Positions 28,839 through 39,314 are shown, numbered from the stretch's first letter. The stretch: DNA of 64,000 nucleotides from an uncultured Candidatus Saccharibacteria bacterium (GCA_964552045.1 CAZKFF010000005.1:34302-98301), one strand, 5' to 3'. Translations and numbers: made by a program. The notes: generated by a model from the letters alone, not told the origin.

Positions 28839-29897
28839 CTAAAAAATCGGCTCCCGGTTTCCTTTTTTGAGGAAGTAGCCCTCGAGTGAATAGCGGTCAT
28901 AGCCATAGAAGAGAAAGGCGATCGGGATGCCAATGAGAATGATATGCGGCCAGACCACTTCGCCAAAGTAAATGAGCGAGAGGAAGAGGAATACGTTTAT
29001 CATAAGAGAGGTGAACCGTATTTCAATGCCAAGGATAAAGAAGATACCGAACAAAAGCTCAATGATCGCCGCACCGAATACGATGAACTCAGGCGCGAAC
29101 GGAAAGACGTTCACGAGATCGAACTGGTTGACTACAGCCAGTGCAAGCTGGTTATGGAAGAACTTCGCATAGACCGACGCGTAAATGAGAGAGAATCCGA
29201 ATGATACACGCATGATGAGGAACGCATATTCGCCGAAAAGCCTGCTCATCTTGTCCCAGAAACGGCGTATGTTGCGAAAGATAGCGTGTTTATAGGTCGT
29301 ATCGAGCGACAACTTGTGACTTCCAACCAGGAGGAGCACCAGAAGCTCACCGAAATAATTGCTGTAGGTAAACATATATGTACCGTACTTCACTACCCCG
29401 AACGCAAAAAAAGAAAGCGCGAGTGTGGCGAAGATACGCGTGCCGATGCCGAATATGAATCCGAGCCCTGTAAGCATGAAGACCACCTGTACCCAGATTT
29501 CCTGTCCAGGGAACATCTCTGAGAATGGAAGCTCCGGTCCAAATAGGGCTCCGAAGTAGCCGCAGGCGGCAAAGCCGAGTCCTGCGACTACACGCGCGAT
29601 GAAGGGCGCATAGTGCTTCATCCTGACCAAGAGCGGGTCGAGTTTCATCCCTAATTTACTGGAGATGGAAATAAAGAAGACGGTGACAATGAGGAAGCAA
29701 ACGATCGAGCCCCAAAAGATCGTCAGATAGGTGTTGTTCTGGAATATCTCCACAAAAGAAAATGGAGCCGCTGCAGTCGCCTGTTCGATAGTTTCTTTGG
29801 AGAGCACATAGACCTCATGCGCATCAGCGACGTACGGAGCAAAAAGAACACAGCCAAGGAGATACAAAACAGAAAAAGCGGAGATATAACGGCTCAT
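28839..29897 (-). CDS. DoxX-like multi-TM protein
   Basis: Two DoxX-like repeats (RV..G...E...G..TR/IR, YSLE/LSLD); start may be 29915. Confidence 0.7.
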   Translation of the reverse strand: MSRYISAFSVLYLLGCVLFAPYVADAHEVYVLSKETIEQATAAAPFSFVEIFQNNTYLTIFWGSIVCFLIVTVFFISISSKLGMKLDPLLVRMKHYAPFIARVVAGLGFAACGYFGALFGPELPFSEMFPGQEIWVQVVFMLTGLGFIFGIGTRIFATLALSFFAFGVVKYGTYMFTYSNYFGELLVLLLVGSHKLSLDTTYKHAIFRNIRRFWDKMSRLFGEYAFLIMRVSFGFSLIYASVYAKFFHNQLALAVVNQFDLVNVFPFAPEFIVFGAAIIELLFGIFFILGIEIRFTSLMINVFLFLSLIYFGEVVWPHIILIGIPIAFLFYGYDRYSLEGYFLKKGNREPIF

Positions 29898-29922
29898 ACG
29901 CAGCAATGAAATCATTGTCGCG

Positions 29923-31227
29923 TTATTCACTGGTTTTGACAAGCCTTGAGAGTGCCTTTATTTCTTTCGATTTTGATGCGACGGGACCAGCTGCGGCAAT
30001 GATGAGCTTCGAAAGATCAAGATGTTTCTTCAGTGCTGCATTGACCTCTGCACGCGTGACTGCAGAAAGCTGCTTTTTATGCTCTGTCATCTGCGCGAGC
30101 GACATACCCTTTATCTGGTATGCATGCACATCAGCGGCAGCTTTCACTGCTGAATCCTGAAGCAAAATCCGGCCAGTTTGCAGGATGGTCAGAAAACGCT
30201 CATATTCGGTCTGGGTAATTCCCTTTTCACGGATGATGCGTATTTCACGCAACGTCGAGGTGATGCCTTGCACGACTTTATCCGGTGCAAAGAAGGTCAT
30301 GATGCGCCAGTAGCCGTACTCAGAGAGCGTCACCGTCTCGGTACGCGCGTAGATGCCATAGGTAAGACCCTCTTTCTCACGAACGGTGCTCATGAGTCTG
30401 CCTGCGAATCCTCCCCATTTCCCAAGCACCTGCAGGCCAAAGACGAATGCGTAGTATTCCCTGCTGTCGATGTACAGCGGCAGCGGTCCGCCAATGCTGA
30501 GCTCGATGTTCTGCTTGCTCGGAATGGAGTGGAGGATGATGCTCCCCTTCTGCACCGTTTTCGGTGCGTGCGGGGTCGTCCGTTTTGTGGCATCCGCAAA
30601 AGTATTGCGCAAAACATCGAGGAACTCAACGCTCTTCTTCTGTGCCTGTGTGTCGGACACGAGTGTATATATCCAGCGGTTTGACAGCGCATTGTCATGG
30701 AATGCATGCAATTCCTTTTTGGTGATCTTCGGCAGTTCCGCAATGATCTCATCAAGCGGAGCTGCGTATCTGCGGTCAGAAGTGCCGTACAAGGAGTTTC
30801 CAAACAGCACCATGGATTGTGCCTTCGCATCTTCCTTCAGCTCATGCAGTTCGTTGGAGACGAGCTGTTTGATGCGCGAAAGCTCATGCGCGGCAAAAGT
30901 TGGTTCGATGAGCATTGCACGGACCAGTGAGAGCACCTTTTGCCGGTGCGTATCAAGTGAAGTGCATGAAATGTTCAGCATACCGTCCTGCATACTGACA
31001 GTGATGTTCGCACCGAGCAGATTGATCGCATCAAGGAACGCCTCACGCGTATACCCATTACAGCCGGCAAGCAGCGCCTTAGAGTATATGAATTCAAGCG
31101 CCTCTGTATGTGCTGAACGCCCCTGTGCATGTGTGTCCATGGAGACAATACAGTGAAACGCACGCTGATCGTCTTTGATTATGCTTATGCCCCGGATATT
31201 CTTCTGTTCTGTTTGCTGGCAGTGCAT
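29923..31227 (-). CDS. M16 peptidase, non-catalytic subunit
   Basis: RLMSTVREKEGLTY; no HxxEH. Confidence 0.88.
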   Translation of the reverse strand: MHCQQTEQKNIRGISIIKDDQRAFHCIVSMDTHAQGRSAHTEALEFIYSKALLAGCNGYTREAFLDAINLLGANITVSMQDGMLNISCTSLDTHRQKVLSLVRAMLIEPTFAAHELSRIKQLVSNELHELKEDAKAQSMVLFGNSLYGTSDRRYAAPLDEIIAELPKITKKELHAFHDNALSNRWIYTLVSDTQAQKKSVEFLDVLRNTFADATKRTTPHAPKTVQKGSIILHSIPSKQNIELSIGGPLPLYIDSREYYAFVFGLQVLGKWGGFAGRLMSTVREKEGLTYGIYARTETVTLSEYGYWRIMTFFAPDKVVQGITSTLREIRIIREKGITQTEYERFLTILQTGRILLQDSAVKAAADVHAYQIKGMSLAQMTEHKKQLSAVTRAEVNAALKKHLDLSKLIIAAAGPVASKSKEIKALSRLVKTSE

Positions 31228-31228
31228 A

Positions 31229-32542
31229 TTATTGTTTTCCTATGAAATAGCCGATGGTCATCGTGTTGATGTCAAAGAGCTCATGAGCCTTCTGTACGAT
31301 GTCCTTCGCAGAGATATCCTTAATGATTGCCTCGGTGTCGAAGTATTTCTCCCACGCACCTGCTGAGACGTATTCGGTGAGTTCCAATGCGACTGTAAGT
31401 GAACTTTCGCGTCCGACGAGTTCTTCAGTGAGGATCTTCTGCTGTACCTTTTTATAGTGAAGGGCGATGCTTTTCGGTGTCAGCGCCGCAATAGTCTCCA
31501 AAACGAGCTTTTCCATAGCTTCATGACTGATCTTCTTTGAGAGTGTTATATACAGCATTGCCACATTCTTTTCCTGCGTAGGTTCAACCGACATTTCAAT
31601 TTTTGAAGCCAGTCCTGCATCCACAAGTTTGGCGTAGAGGATACTGTCAGGCCCGTCAGTGAGAATTGTGCTTAACAGCATGGTGGTGAACCAGTCTTTG
31701 CCCGGGAAGCCGCCATGTTTCACTCCGAGCGCTACGACATTGGAAACAGCCTGCCGGTGTATCTCTACACGGCGCACTCCCTCCTGTTTCGGTTCGATAA
31801 CCAACGGCGGCTTTGATGCTTCGCCACGTGTTGCAAGCGCCCCGAAAAAGCGGGCGACTTCCTGCAGTGCCTCCGTCTCTGCGATATCACCGACAATGAT
31901 AAGTGTGGCATTGTGCGGATCATAATGTTTTGCGTAGAAAGCATTGAGCGTCTCCACTGTATAACGTTCGATATCCTCACGGAAGCCGATGGTCTCATGA
32001 CCGTACGGATGTGAGTGGAATGCACTCGAAACCATCTCCATGTTGAGTGCAAAATATGGATCGCCGAAATACATATCAAACTCCGAAAGCACGTTGCCAC
32101 GTTCGGGCGTGAATTCCTTGTCTGAAAGCACTACATCATGCATGCGCTCCGCTTCAATCTGCAACGCACGGGGAAAATACTCCTTGGGATAGCTGAAATA
32201 GTACGTCGTGCGGTCTTTCCATGTGGTGGCATTGAGCACACAGCCAGTCTCCCGCTCAAACTGCATCGCGCCTGAATCGACCTTCCGCTTCAGGTCGTGC
32301 GTTGTTGGCTTGAAAAGCATGTGCTCAAGCATGTGCGCAAGGCCGGTTTCTCCCACCCCTTCATTGCGCGCACCGACCCTGTAGGTGATGTTAGTAGTGA
32401 TCACTCCCGTGCCCGCGATCTGCTTGTACAGGACGGTCAGACCGTTCTGCAGCCGGTACTCAGTGATATCGCCATAGGTTTGTATGAACGTGTAGCCTTT
32501 TTTAGAAGCGCTCTTTCTCTTCTTTTGTTCTTTTGACATCAA
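31229..32542 (-). CDS. M16 zinc peptidase, catalytic subunit
   Basis: GLAHMLEHMLF, NATT, HPYG. Confidence 0.92.
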   Translation of the reverse strand: MMSKEQKKRKSASKKGYTFIQTYGDITEYRLQNGLTVLYKQIAGTGVITTNITYRVGARNEGVGETGLAHMLEHMLFKPTTHDLKRKVDSGAMQFERETGCVLNATTWKDRTTYYFSYPKEYFPRALQIEAERMHDVVLSDKEFTPERGNVLSEFDMYFGDPYFALNMEMVSSAFHSHPYGHETIGFREDIERYTVETLNAFYAKHYDPHNATLIIVGDIAETEALQEVARFFGALATRGEASKPPLVIEPKQEGVRRVEIHRQAVSNVVALGVKHGGFPGKDWFTTMLLSTILTDGPDSILYAKLVDAGLASKIEMSVEPTQEKNVAMLYITLSKKISHEAMEKLVLETIAALTPKSIALHYKKVQQKILTEELVGRESSLTVALELTEYVSAGAWEKYFDTEAIIKDISAKDIVQKAHELFDINTMTIGYFIGKQ

Positions 32543-33104
32543 TTATGAAATTCTTATATTCTTCAAATACATGGTTGAATTCATGAATGATATCATTTTT
32601 CAAATTTCTGTTCAGCGTATTGCTGATCTCCTGATACATGAGCATTCTGTCTTCTAACGCTCCCTGGAAATCAGCAAGGAACCGGGGATGGTCATCAAAA
32701 TATTCCTCAACAATGGAACGCATGTTGTGTATCTTGTCTGCAGCTGCAATGACCAACGCTTCAGCAGGCGCCCCTTTCAGTTGCTTTGCGTATGCCTGCT
32801 TTCGCTCCTTCCAACTCAGGTTGCGATAGCGTTCATCCTGTGGCTCTGATACGGCTTCAACGAGTTCCCGAACACTGCCGCCGAAGTCCTCCTGCAGCTC
32901 AAGCGCGGTGTAGTCAGTGTCTTCGAGCGTGTCGTGGAGCAGTGCCGCGATGACCACGTCCTCGTTGTCTGTATAGTCAGCAGCAATAAATGCAACGGCA
33001 AACAAATGGCTGATATACGGGATGGGCACCGTGCCTTTGCGGACTTGGTCCTTGTGCAGAATGGTTGCTGCACGGAGCGCCTGTTCTATACGATAGGAGT
33101 ACAT
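32502..33104 (-). CDS. HD-domain hydrolase (Mesh1/SpoT-type small alarmone hydrolase family)
   Basis: H..Q.RK, PYISH, AALLHDTLEDT, ADKIHN. Confidence 0.88.
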   Translation of the reverse strand: MYSYRIEQALRAATILHKDQVRKGTVPIPYISHLFAVAFIAADYTDNEDVVIAALLHDTLEDTDYTALELQEDFGGSVRELVEAVSEPQDERYRNLSWKERKQAYAKQLKGAPAEALVIAAADKIHNMRSIVEEYFDDHPRFLADFQGALEDRMLMYQEISNTLNRNLKNDIIHEFNHVFEEYKNFIIDVKRTKEEKERF

Positions 33105-33105
33105 A

Positions 33106-33447
33106 TCATATTATTTTTTGTATCTCGGCATAGAGGGAATGCACCTCATTCCCGAGTTGCCGCAGAACCATTTTCTTGGCAGAGATATTCCGTTTGAGCT
33201 CCTCAGCGATGCGCAATGCTCGCTGTGCCTCTGCAACTTCTCTTTCTTCCTCTGGGGTCTTTGGCTTCGAATGCACTATTCGTTCAAGCTCGTAGATCTG
33301 CTGCACTGCAGCTTCTTCCTCACCGATCTGGCGAACAAATTCCTGCACCTGGGACATGAGCATGCTGACTCCCTGTGATTGCAGACGGAAATTGCTGTTG
33401 GATTCCAGCCGTTCAAGATTTCGTTTAAGACTATTGAGATCAACCAT
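33106..33447 (-). CDS. Hypothetical coiled-coil protein
   Basis: E/Q/R-rich helical ORF; start 33447 or 33525 (ATGA overlap with the nuclease stop). Confidence 0.6.
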   Translation of the reverse strand: MVDLNSLKRNLERLESNSNFRLQSQGVSMLMSQVQEFVRQIGEEEAAVQQIYELERIVHSKPKTPEEEREVAEAQRALRIAEELKRNISAKKMVLRQLGNEVHSLYAEIQKII

Positions 33448-33521
33448 AGATAATAAAAACAAGTTACTCTTTTCAGCTCCTACTATACCATGCTCATCCG
33501 TGAGAAGCTCACACCGATACG

Positions 33522-34298
33522 TCATTTCCGATACAGCGCTTGGAGTTTCTTTCCGCACGCCTCACGGTACGGACAATATTCGCAGCCGTCCCCGGACGGC
33601 GGATATATATCTGAATCAAGGCATTCTTTGATCTTCAAAAGTGTTGGCTCTATCCACGAAGTATCACCTTCGCAGGGTACGAGTGTCGTATCGAACACGA
33701 GCTTGTTGTCGAATTTCTCTTCAGTTCTCAGCGCATTGGCGTAGACGAAATATCCTGTTTTGTGCACATTAAAGCCGTTCTGTTCCAAAAGCCACTGATA
33801 CACACCTATCTGACGGCGGTATTGGCCCTCCCACGCTGAATCCTCCAACGAAATGATCTTGCCGTCCTTTGAGGTCGATTTGTAGTCGACGACGATGAGC
33901 TTACCGCTGCTGTCCTGCCAGACGTCATCAATTGCTCCGCACACGGTAAGTTTGGTACGGTCATGCACATGCGCAATGCCTTCGAAGTTGTCGCGCCACA
34001 CATCCATGTGCTCGTGCTTGAATGGGACCGCATCAATGCCATACTCGTCCATGATCGGGTGTCGTTTTCCTGTTCGGCGATATTCATCGAACTCTTTCTT
34101 AAAAAGTTCATCAACGGCGATGTTGAGATTGAACGACGGCATGCCTGGACGCTTCGTGCCGAGCTTGTTATCGAGGTAGAAGCACCGCGGACATTCAATG
34201 AAAAAATCTATCTTCGAGCGCGAAAGCCGCCATTTAACACCTCCATAGTTCCAGTCTGCTGATCTGTTTGGATTGTATTTCTTCGTATACGTGCTCAT
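33522..34298 (-). CDS. PD-(D/E)XK nuclease, RecB/Cas4-like with probable Fe-S cluster
   Basis: CPRC, GAIDD, VVDYKS, QIGVY, C-terminal CxxC...C. Confidence 0.88.
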   Translation of the reverse strand: MSTYTKKYNPNRSADWNYGGVKWRLSRSKIDFFIECPRCFYLDNKLGTKRPGMPSFNLNIAVDELFKKEFDEYRRTGKRHPIMDEYGIDAVPFKHEHMDVWRDNFEGIAHVHDRTKLTVCGAIDDVWQDSSGKLIVVDYKSTSKDGKIISLEDSAWEGQYRRQIGVYQWLLEQNGFNVHKTGYFVYANALRTEEKFDNKLVFDTTLVPCEGDTSWIEPTLLKIKECLDSDIYPPSGDGCEYCPYREACGKKLQALYRK

Positions 34299-34331
34299 GT
34301 AGTGTAGTATACCGCACTCTCCACCGGACAA

Positions 34332-34361
34332 AGAAAAAAGCCTGGGATCAGGCTTTTTTCT
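34332..34361. terminator. Intrinsic terminator
   Basis: AGAAAAAAGCCTG-N4-CAGGCTTTTTTCT. Confidence 0.75.
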
Positions 34362-34376
34362 CTGAATGTACGGAAA

Positions 34377-34928
34377 TTATTTCTCGGAAGCGATAAATGT
34401 TCCTGCGATGCCCTCCTGCATCACATCGTTTGCAACATTGAAGATACGGTCGCCGTTTTCGCTGAAGAATACGATCGCGTAGGTGCTGCCGCCCTTCGTA
34501 GCCCGCTGGAGGATGATCTCCTGTGGCACAAGGCCCTGTTCCTTGCTGAACCGTGCTACGCCGAGGATGCCGCCGAGCTGTCCATCAACATAATCGCGGA
34601 CACCGATCCATCCCTCGTCACTTGGAAATGTAGCACTCTCCAACGCGACTGTGCTTCCTGCAGGCTGGTTGGATACCTGTGCTGCCCCGTCGCCTGTCTG
34701 CATGACTGGCTGTGTCTCCTCTACAGGGGTTTCTGTGTCGTCAGTGCTGGTGGCGTCACCCTCTGTGTTGCCGGTATTCTCTTCTGTAGTTGTAGCATTC
34801 TCTTCATCTGCGGTGTTGGTATTTGGTGTCACACCATTGAATACCCATACGAGGAGTCCCCCGATGAGAAGACCCGCTGCAAATGCGACAATAGTCTTCT
34901 GATTTTCTTGCTTCTCTTGTTCTGACAT
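34377..34928 (-). CDS. Hypothetical membrane-anchored surface protein
   Basis: TM helix, T/E-rich linker, beta-rich domain (QPAG, GILG, NGD..FN). Confidence 0.75.
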   Translation of the reverse strand: MSEQEKQENQKTIVAFAAGLLIGGLLVWVFNGVTPNTNTADEENATTTEENTGNTEGDATSTDDTETPVEETQPVMQTGDGAAQVSNQPAGSTVALESATFPSDEGWIGVRDYVDGQLGGILGVARFSKEQGLVPQEIILQRATKGGSTYAIVFFSENGDRIFNVANDVMQEGIAGTFIASEK

Positions 34929-35005
34929 ACAATAACTCTGAATATGCTTATATACGGAAATTATAACACAGCAGAAATTGACACAAGCCTTGACAATTAA
35001 GGCTT

Positions 35006-35842
35006 TTATAGACGCGTGCTGCAGAGCTTTCCGGCCTCTTCGAGTACAATATCCATTCTTTTCTGGCTGATATGCGCATGGCGAAGAAGATGTGGTTTAG
35101 CTATCAGGTCGCTGCAGACGATCACTCCCCTGTCGATCAGCGCACGTTTCTGCGACTGGCTCAAGCTCTGTAACACGGTGATTGGATATAGTCCGCTCGT
35201 CTGTATACGGTCATGTAGATTGTTCTCTTTGGGATAATCCCATGACAAGAGCTTCAATCCGCTGCATTCTGCATATTTCTCCGCTGTGGTGGTGAATTTG
35301 GTATTCGTCACCACCAAAAGCTCCGTGATGTCACACACCGCATCATTGCAGATACGCGTATGCTGCAGATCATAGAGACGGGCAAAGGAATACAATGTCA
35401 CCTGAAGGTCGGATTTGATGCCTGGATGCGCATGAAACTTTGCTTCAGCGACAAAACTATGGTCATCTTTGTATGCCGCCACATCGAGCTCATGCTCAGC
35501 GCATTTCCCCTGGAGGATGACCCGTGTTTTTGTCGTATAGCCCTCGTGCGCGAATAGCCGGGCGAGGAAATCCTCGAATGGAAAACCGGTCGGGCCAAGA
35601 TTGAATAAAGCTCTGCGAAGCGAGTAGCGCGCAGCAACGATGGTCTCACTGTTGCGCAATAGTTCAAACGCATGGCGGTATATTTCCTGAGTACCAATGC
35701 CGTCGTGCAGCACGGCTTCAACTTGCGCAACGATCGAAGTGATCTCTTCTTGCGTCGCTCCTGAACGCTGCAGTGAGTTTTTCAGCTTTTGTACATCAAA
35801 CGGCTCAATAGTTCCGTCAGTCTTCACGACATTAAATGACAT
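35006..35842 (-). CDS. ATP-cone plus Mrr-like restriction endonuclease-domain protein
   Basis: VVKTDG..EPFD..KL (ATP-cone); GFPFE, HELDV, EAKFH, VTNTKFT. Confidence 0.85.
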   Translation of the reverse strand: MSFNVVKTDGTIEPFDVQKLKNSLQRSGATQEEITSIVAQVEAVLHDGIGTQEIYRHAFELLRNSETIVAARYSLRRALFNLGPTGFPFEDFLARLFAHEGYTTKTRVILQGKCAEHELDVAAYKDDHSFVAEAKFHAHPGIKSDLQVTLYSFARLYDLQHTRICNDAVCDITELLVVTNTKFTTTAEKYAECSGLKLLSWDYPKENNLHDRIQTSGLYPITVLQSLSQSQKRALIDRGVIVCSDLIAKPHLLRHAHISQKRMDIVLEEAGKLCSTRL

Positions 35843-36912
35843 CACGCAATGATACCACCTCCGATACATCTCGTTCCATCGTATAGTACACACGATTGTC
35901 CCGCGCTCACTGCTTCGCCTTCTTCAATGAAGCGCAGCTGCAGCTTTCCTTCACCAGCCGGCAGCACCTCACAGATGCTCGGCTTTTGCCGGTAGCGGGT
36001 CTGGACAGAAACACGGTCTCCCTGTTTTGGAGTCCAGGCGATGAGATTGACGGCGTTGAGCGTAAGTATGCTTGCCGTGGACTGGACAGGTTTTTGTGCA
36101 CTTACGGTGACAGTGTTCGTTTCCATGTTACGTGATACGACATACATGGGTACACGCTTCGGATCATCGTTGGTAAGTGTAAAACCGTGCCGCTGTCCTA
36201 TGGTGTATACCAATGCGCCGTCATGCGTCCCAATGACATCACCTGCTTCGCTGAGAACCTTTCCTTTCTGTAGTTGCGTGTAGTGTGACAGGAACTGGGG
36301 TATGTCAACTTCTCCGAGAAAGCAGATTCCCTGGCTGTCTTTCTTCGCTGCGGTAATGAGACCAGCATCTTTTGCTTCAGCGCGTATATCCTCTTTGGCA
36401 GTGTTCCCGACCGGCAGAAGCACCTGTGCAAGCTGCTCTTGAGTAAGCGTCCACAGGAAGTATGACTGGTCTTTGTTCGCATCAGTTCCGCGTATCAAGG
36501 AATAAATGCCGTTTTCATTGATCACCTGCGCGTAATGGCCGGTTGCGATAAAGTCTGCGTTATGTTCGCGTGCAAACTGTAGGAAAGCGCCGAACTTCAC
36601 GTACTTATTGCACATGACATCAGGATTGGGTGTATACCCTGCCTGGTATTGCGATATGAAGTAATCAGCAACATCATCCTTGTATGCCTGTTCCGCGTCG
36701 CAGGTGAGGAATGGAATATCGAGCTTTGCCGCCACACGCATCGCATCGAGCCGTTCCTGTTCCCAGTTGCACTGCAGAAAATCCGGGTGCCATACCTTAA
36801 TGAACACGCCGACAACGTTGTAACCCTCCTTCTTCAGGCGCAGTGCGGCAACGGACGAGTCCACTCCTCCAGACAATCCGACGAATACTGTTTTTGCTGT
36901 GATGTGGGTCAT
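35842..36912 (-). CDS. mnmA: tRNA 2-thiouridylase
   Basis: SGGVDS, TPNPDVMCN, ATGHY, KDQSYFL, SQGICF. Confidence 0.97.
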   Translation of the reverse strand: MTHITAKTVFVGLSGGVDSSVAALRLKKEGYNVVGVFIKVWHPDFLQCNWEQERLDAMRVAAKLDIPFLTCDAEQAYKDDVADYFISQYQAGYTPNPDVMCNKYVKFGAFLQFAREHNADFIATGHYAQVINENGIYSLIRGTDANKDQSYFLWTLTQEQLAQVLLPVGNTAKEDIRAEAKDAGLITAAKKDSQGICFLGEVDIPQFLSHYTQLQKGKVLSEAGDVIGTHDGALVYTIGQRHGFTLTNDDPKRVPMYVVSRNMETNTVTVSAQKPVQSTASILTLNAVNLIAWTPKQGDRVSVQTRYRQKPSICEVLPAGEGKLQLRFIEEGEAVSAGQSCVLYDGTRCIGGGIIA

Positions 36913-36952
36913 ACGCGCTACGCTAGCATAGCGTCCGTCAGGCTGCAAAGTC

Positions 36953-37945
36953 TTATTTCAAATGAGTGGCGATATTGCGTTTATGCTGTTCGAACGTCTG
37001 TGCGTAATAGAATTCGCCGTCGTCCCCGGTGATGTAGTACATATTGTCCGAGGGTGTCGGATGGAGAACAGCATCTATCGACAGCGCACCAGGATTGCCG
37101 ATCGGAGTAGGCGTGAGTCCAGCATACAGATACGTATTGTACGGCGTATCAAGCTCCAGATCCTCCGCACTGAGCTCGCTTATCGGTTTATCAAGCACAT
37201 ATCCCACCGTCGCATCGGTTTGGAGCGCCATGCCGAGCGAAAGCCTGTTCTGCAGTATGCCCGAGACCATGCGCATAGACTTCTCGTCATTCGCTTCGCG
37301 TTCGATGATTGAGGCGAGCGTGATCACTTCGTATTCAGTAAAAGGTGACTGGTCGATCTCGTCTGCATATGCTGCCATCTCCGAGGCAAATGTCTCGGCA
37401 AGGAGCGCAACAAGGTCTGCTGCAGCGAATTCCTCAGGAACGAAATAGGTTTCAGGGAAGAGATAGCCTTCATTATTTTTGGTGAGCTCCAGGAACCTGT
37501 CCGTGTCAAAGCCTGAAAGTTTCTCTGCGGCTATGCGTGCAATGTCCTTTCGGGTCACTCCCTCCGGGATCGTCAGGGCGATGTGCGTGTCGTCCACCTC
37601 GCTTAATGCGAGCTTGTGTGCTACTTCAAACACACTATGCGGCTTTTCGAATCGGTATGTCCCGGCATATATTTTTGTTGGATCATAGGAATAGGTCAGT
37701 ATGGCATACAGCAAAAGAGGTGAACGGACGATACCGGCATTCTTTGCTTCCTGTGCGATCTGCTGCACATGCATGCCCCGCTTTATCTGCAGTGTGGCAC
37801 CGCCTTCAGGCAGAGAGGGTGATGTACTCTGGTACAGCAGGAAAACTGCTCCTGCACAGGCCAACGCAGCGCACAGTGTAATGAGCATGATGAGCAGTTT
37901 CCGTGCCTGGGATACCCCTTTGTATGTATGTTCGCGTTCTCTCAT
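36953..37945 (-). CDS. mltG: Endolytic transglycosylase
   Basis: TIPEG, EGYLFPETY, LASIIERE, LQTDAT, PYNTY..GL.PTPI. Confidence 0.95.
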   Translation of the reverse strand: MREREHTYKGVSQARKLLIMLITLCAALACAGAVFLLYQSTSPSLPEGGATLQIKRGMHVQQIAQEAKNAGIVRSPLLLYAILTYSYDPTKIYAGTYRFEKPHSVFEVAHKLALSEVDDTHIALTIPEGVTRKDIARIAAEKLSGFDTDRFLELTKNNEGYLFPETYFVPEEFAAADLVALLAETFASEMAAYADEIDQSPFTEYEVITLASIIEREANDEKSMRMVSGILQNRLSLGMALQTDATVGYVLDKPISELSAEDLELDTPYNTYLYAGLTPTPIGNPGALSIDAVLHPTPSDNMYYITGDDGEFYYAQTFEQHKRNIATHLK

Positions 37946-37950
37946 GGTGG

Positions 37951-39300
37951 TCAGATCGGCAGTGTTCCGGTAGGCAAATTGCTCGGCGCTTCCCCTCGTG
38001 TTGATGGAACACGGTTGAGCGTCGGCGTCATGGCAACGCGTCCCGGCAAATGGAAGAGAGTCGCCATTTCCTCTGCAGACAGCACTTTGAAGCTCATCGC
38101 ACCGCTTTTCGGATTAAGCTTGCGGAGTTTGTATTCCTTCAGCTCCTCCTCCTTCAGCGCGGGTATGCGTTTACCAAACGGGTCAGAGAACAGCTTGTAA
38201 TTGAAGTCTGTCCGCCACCGAACGCCGAGTCCGTTCTGTCCTTTGACCTCGGTCTGTGAAAATGAACGTATCATACGGCTGAAGAGTCCGCCATCGTAGT
38301 CGAACGGCTTATGCGAGATATAGACCACGCGACAGGCAAACTCGAACGCGTACTTCGAGGCATTGCGTTCCATGGACTCAACCATCGCTCGCTCGCCTGA
38401 GGTCAGACGCGGCATATTTTCGATCTCAATGCCTCCCATTTTCTTCTCATCGCGTCCCATGATCTTGTTGACCTTCTCCATGACACGACTTTCCCAGGTG
38501 CCTTCGGCGTGCAGCTGACCGTTCTTGAAGTTCTTATCACGATGCGCAACACAGAGAAACTGTATCCAAAGCTGCTGATTCGGTCTGATACCGGCAAGCA
38601 TCTCAAGCATCGGGGTCATCGGGTCGTTCTTCTCCTCCTCCTTCGGCATCTTGTCGAGACCGAAGTCAATGTATGTCTTGATCGGATATTCCTCGTCTTT
38701 CTTCTTGTTGAAATGGAAACTCATGAATGAAATGCCTTCAAGATTGTTTGGGATCTCTGCCGTGTAATCCATGTTTAGTTTCGTCACCTCAACGCCGGGA
38801 TATTGTGCATACATGTTGTCGGTAAATCCCTCGACGTTCTTTATTGGAACAGTTGTATAGAAATGCACGTCTCCTCCCCGTGAGACCAGTTCAAAGGTGT
38901 ACGGTAGCGGCCGTTTGCCGTCGAGATAGGTCTCCATGAGATTGTCAGGGGTTGCTGCATTGTATATTTGCGTAAAGACGAACTCCATTGCTTCTGGAGA
39001 TTTGAACACCTCCTGCGGCAGCTTTATCTCCATAATGACGCGCCCGCTCTTAATGCTGAACTTTTTACCAACCATCTCCATGTATTTCTCAAAGAAGATA
39101 TGGAACGTGACATACGGCAACCACAAAGGAGACAGCGCAAACACGAATGTGATCATGAGCGACTGTGGTACATGCACGAACTCCAAAAGGAACACGATGA
39201 CCACAAAGCCGACTATGACGACTATCAGGCCATAATCGATGTCCTCACTGTTGAGCCATCTGATAGCACCGCCGATGATGGGAATATCCTCTATTTCCAT
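37951..39300 (-). CDS. Membrane protein resembling the non-ATPase region of CPR coupling-protein-like (TraD/DUF87-associated) proteins
   Basis: Two TM helices; FELVS, YAQYP, PIKTY, EMATLFHLP; no P-loop; family recalled, not searched. Confidence 0.55.
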   Translation of the reverse strand: MEIEDIPIIGGAIRWLNSEDIDYGLIVVIVGFVVIVFLLEFVHVPQSLMITFVFALSPLWLPYVTFHIFFEKYMEMVGKKFSIKSGRVIMEIKLPQEVFKSPEAMEFVFTQIYNAATPDNLMETYLDGKRPLPYTFELVSRGGDVHFYTTVPIKNVEGFTDNMYAQYPGVEVTKLNMDYTAEIPNNLEGISFMSFHFNKKKDEEYPIKTYIDFGLDKMPKEEEKNDPMTPMLEMLAGIRPNQQLWIQFLCVAHRDKNFKNGQLHAEGTWESRVMEKVNKIMGRDEKKMGGIEIENMPRLTSGERAMVESMERNASKYAFEFACRVVYISHKPFDYDGGLFSRMIRSFSQTEVKGQNGLGVRWRTDFNYKLFSDPFGKRIPALKEEELKEYKLRKLNPKSGAMSFKVLSAEEMATLFHLPGRVAMTPTLNRVPSTRGEAPSNLPTGTLPI

Positions 39301-39314
39301 TGCGCATATTGTAC

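Noticed and set aside
33522-34298. Cas4-like nuclease as a sign of CRISPR-Cas
   Set aside because: No repeat-spacer array or other cas gene seen in the window
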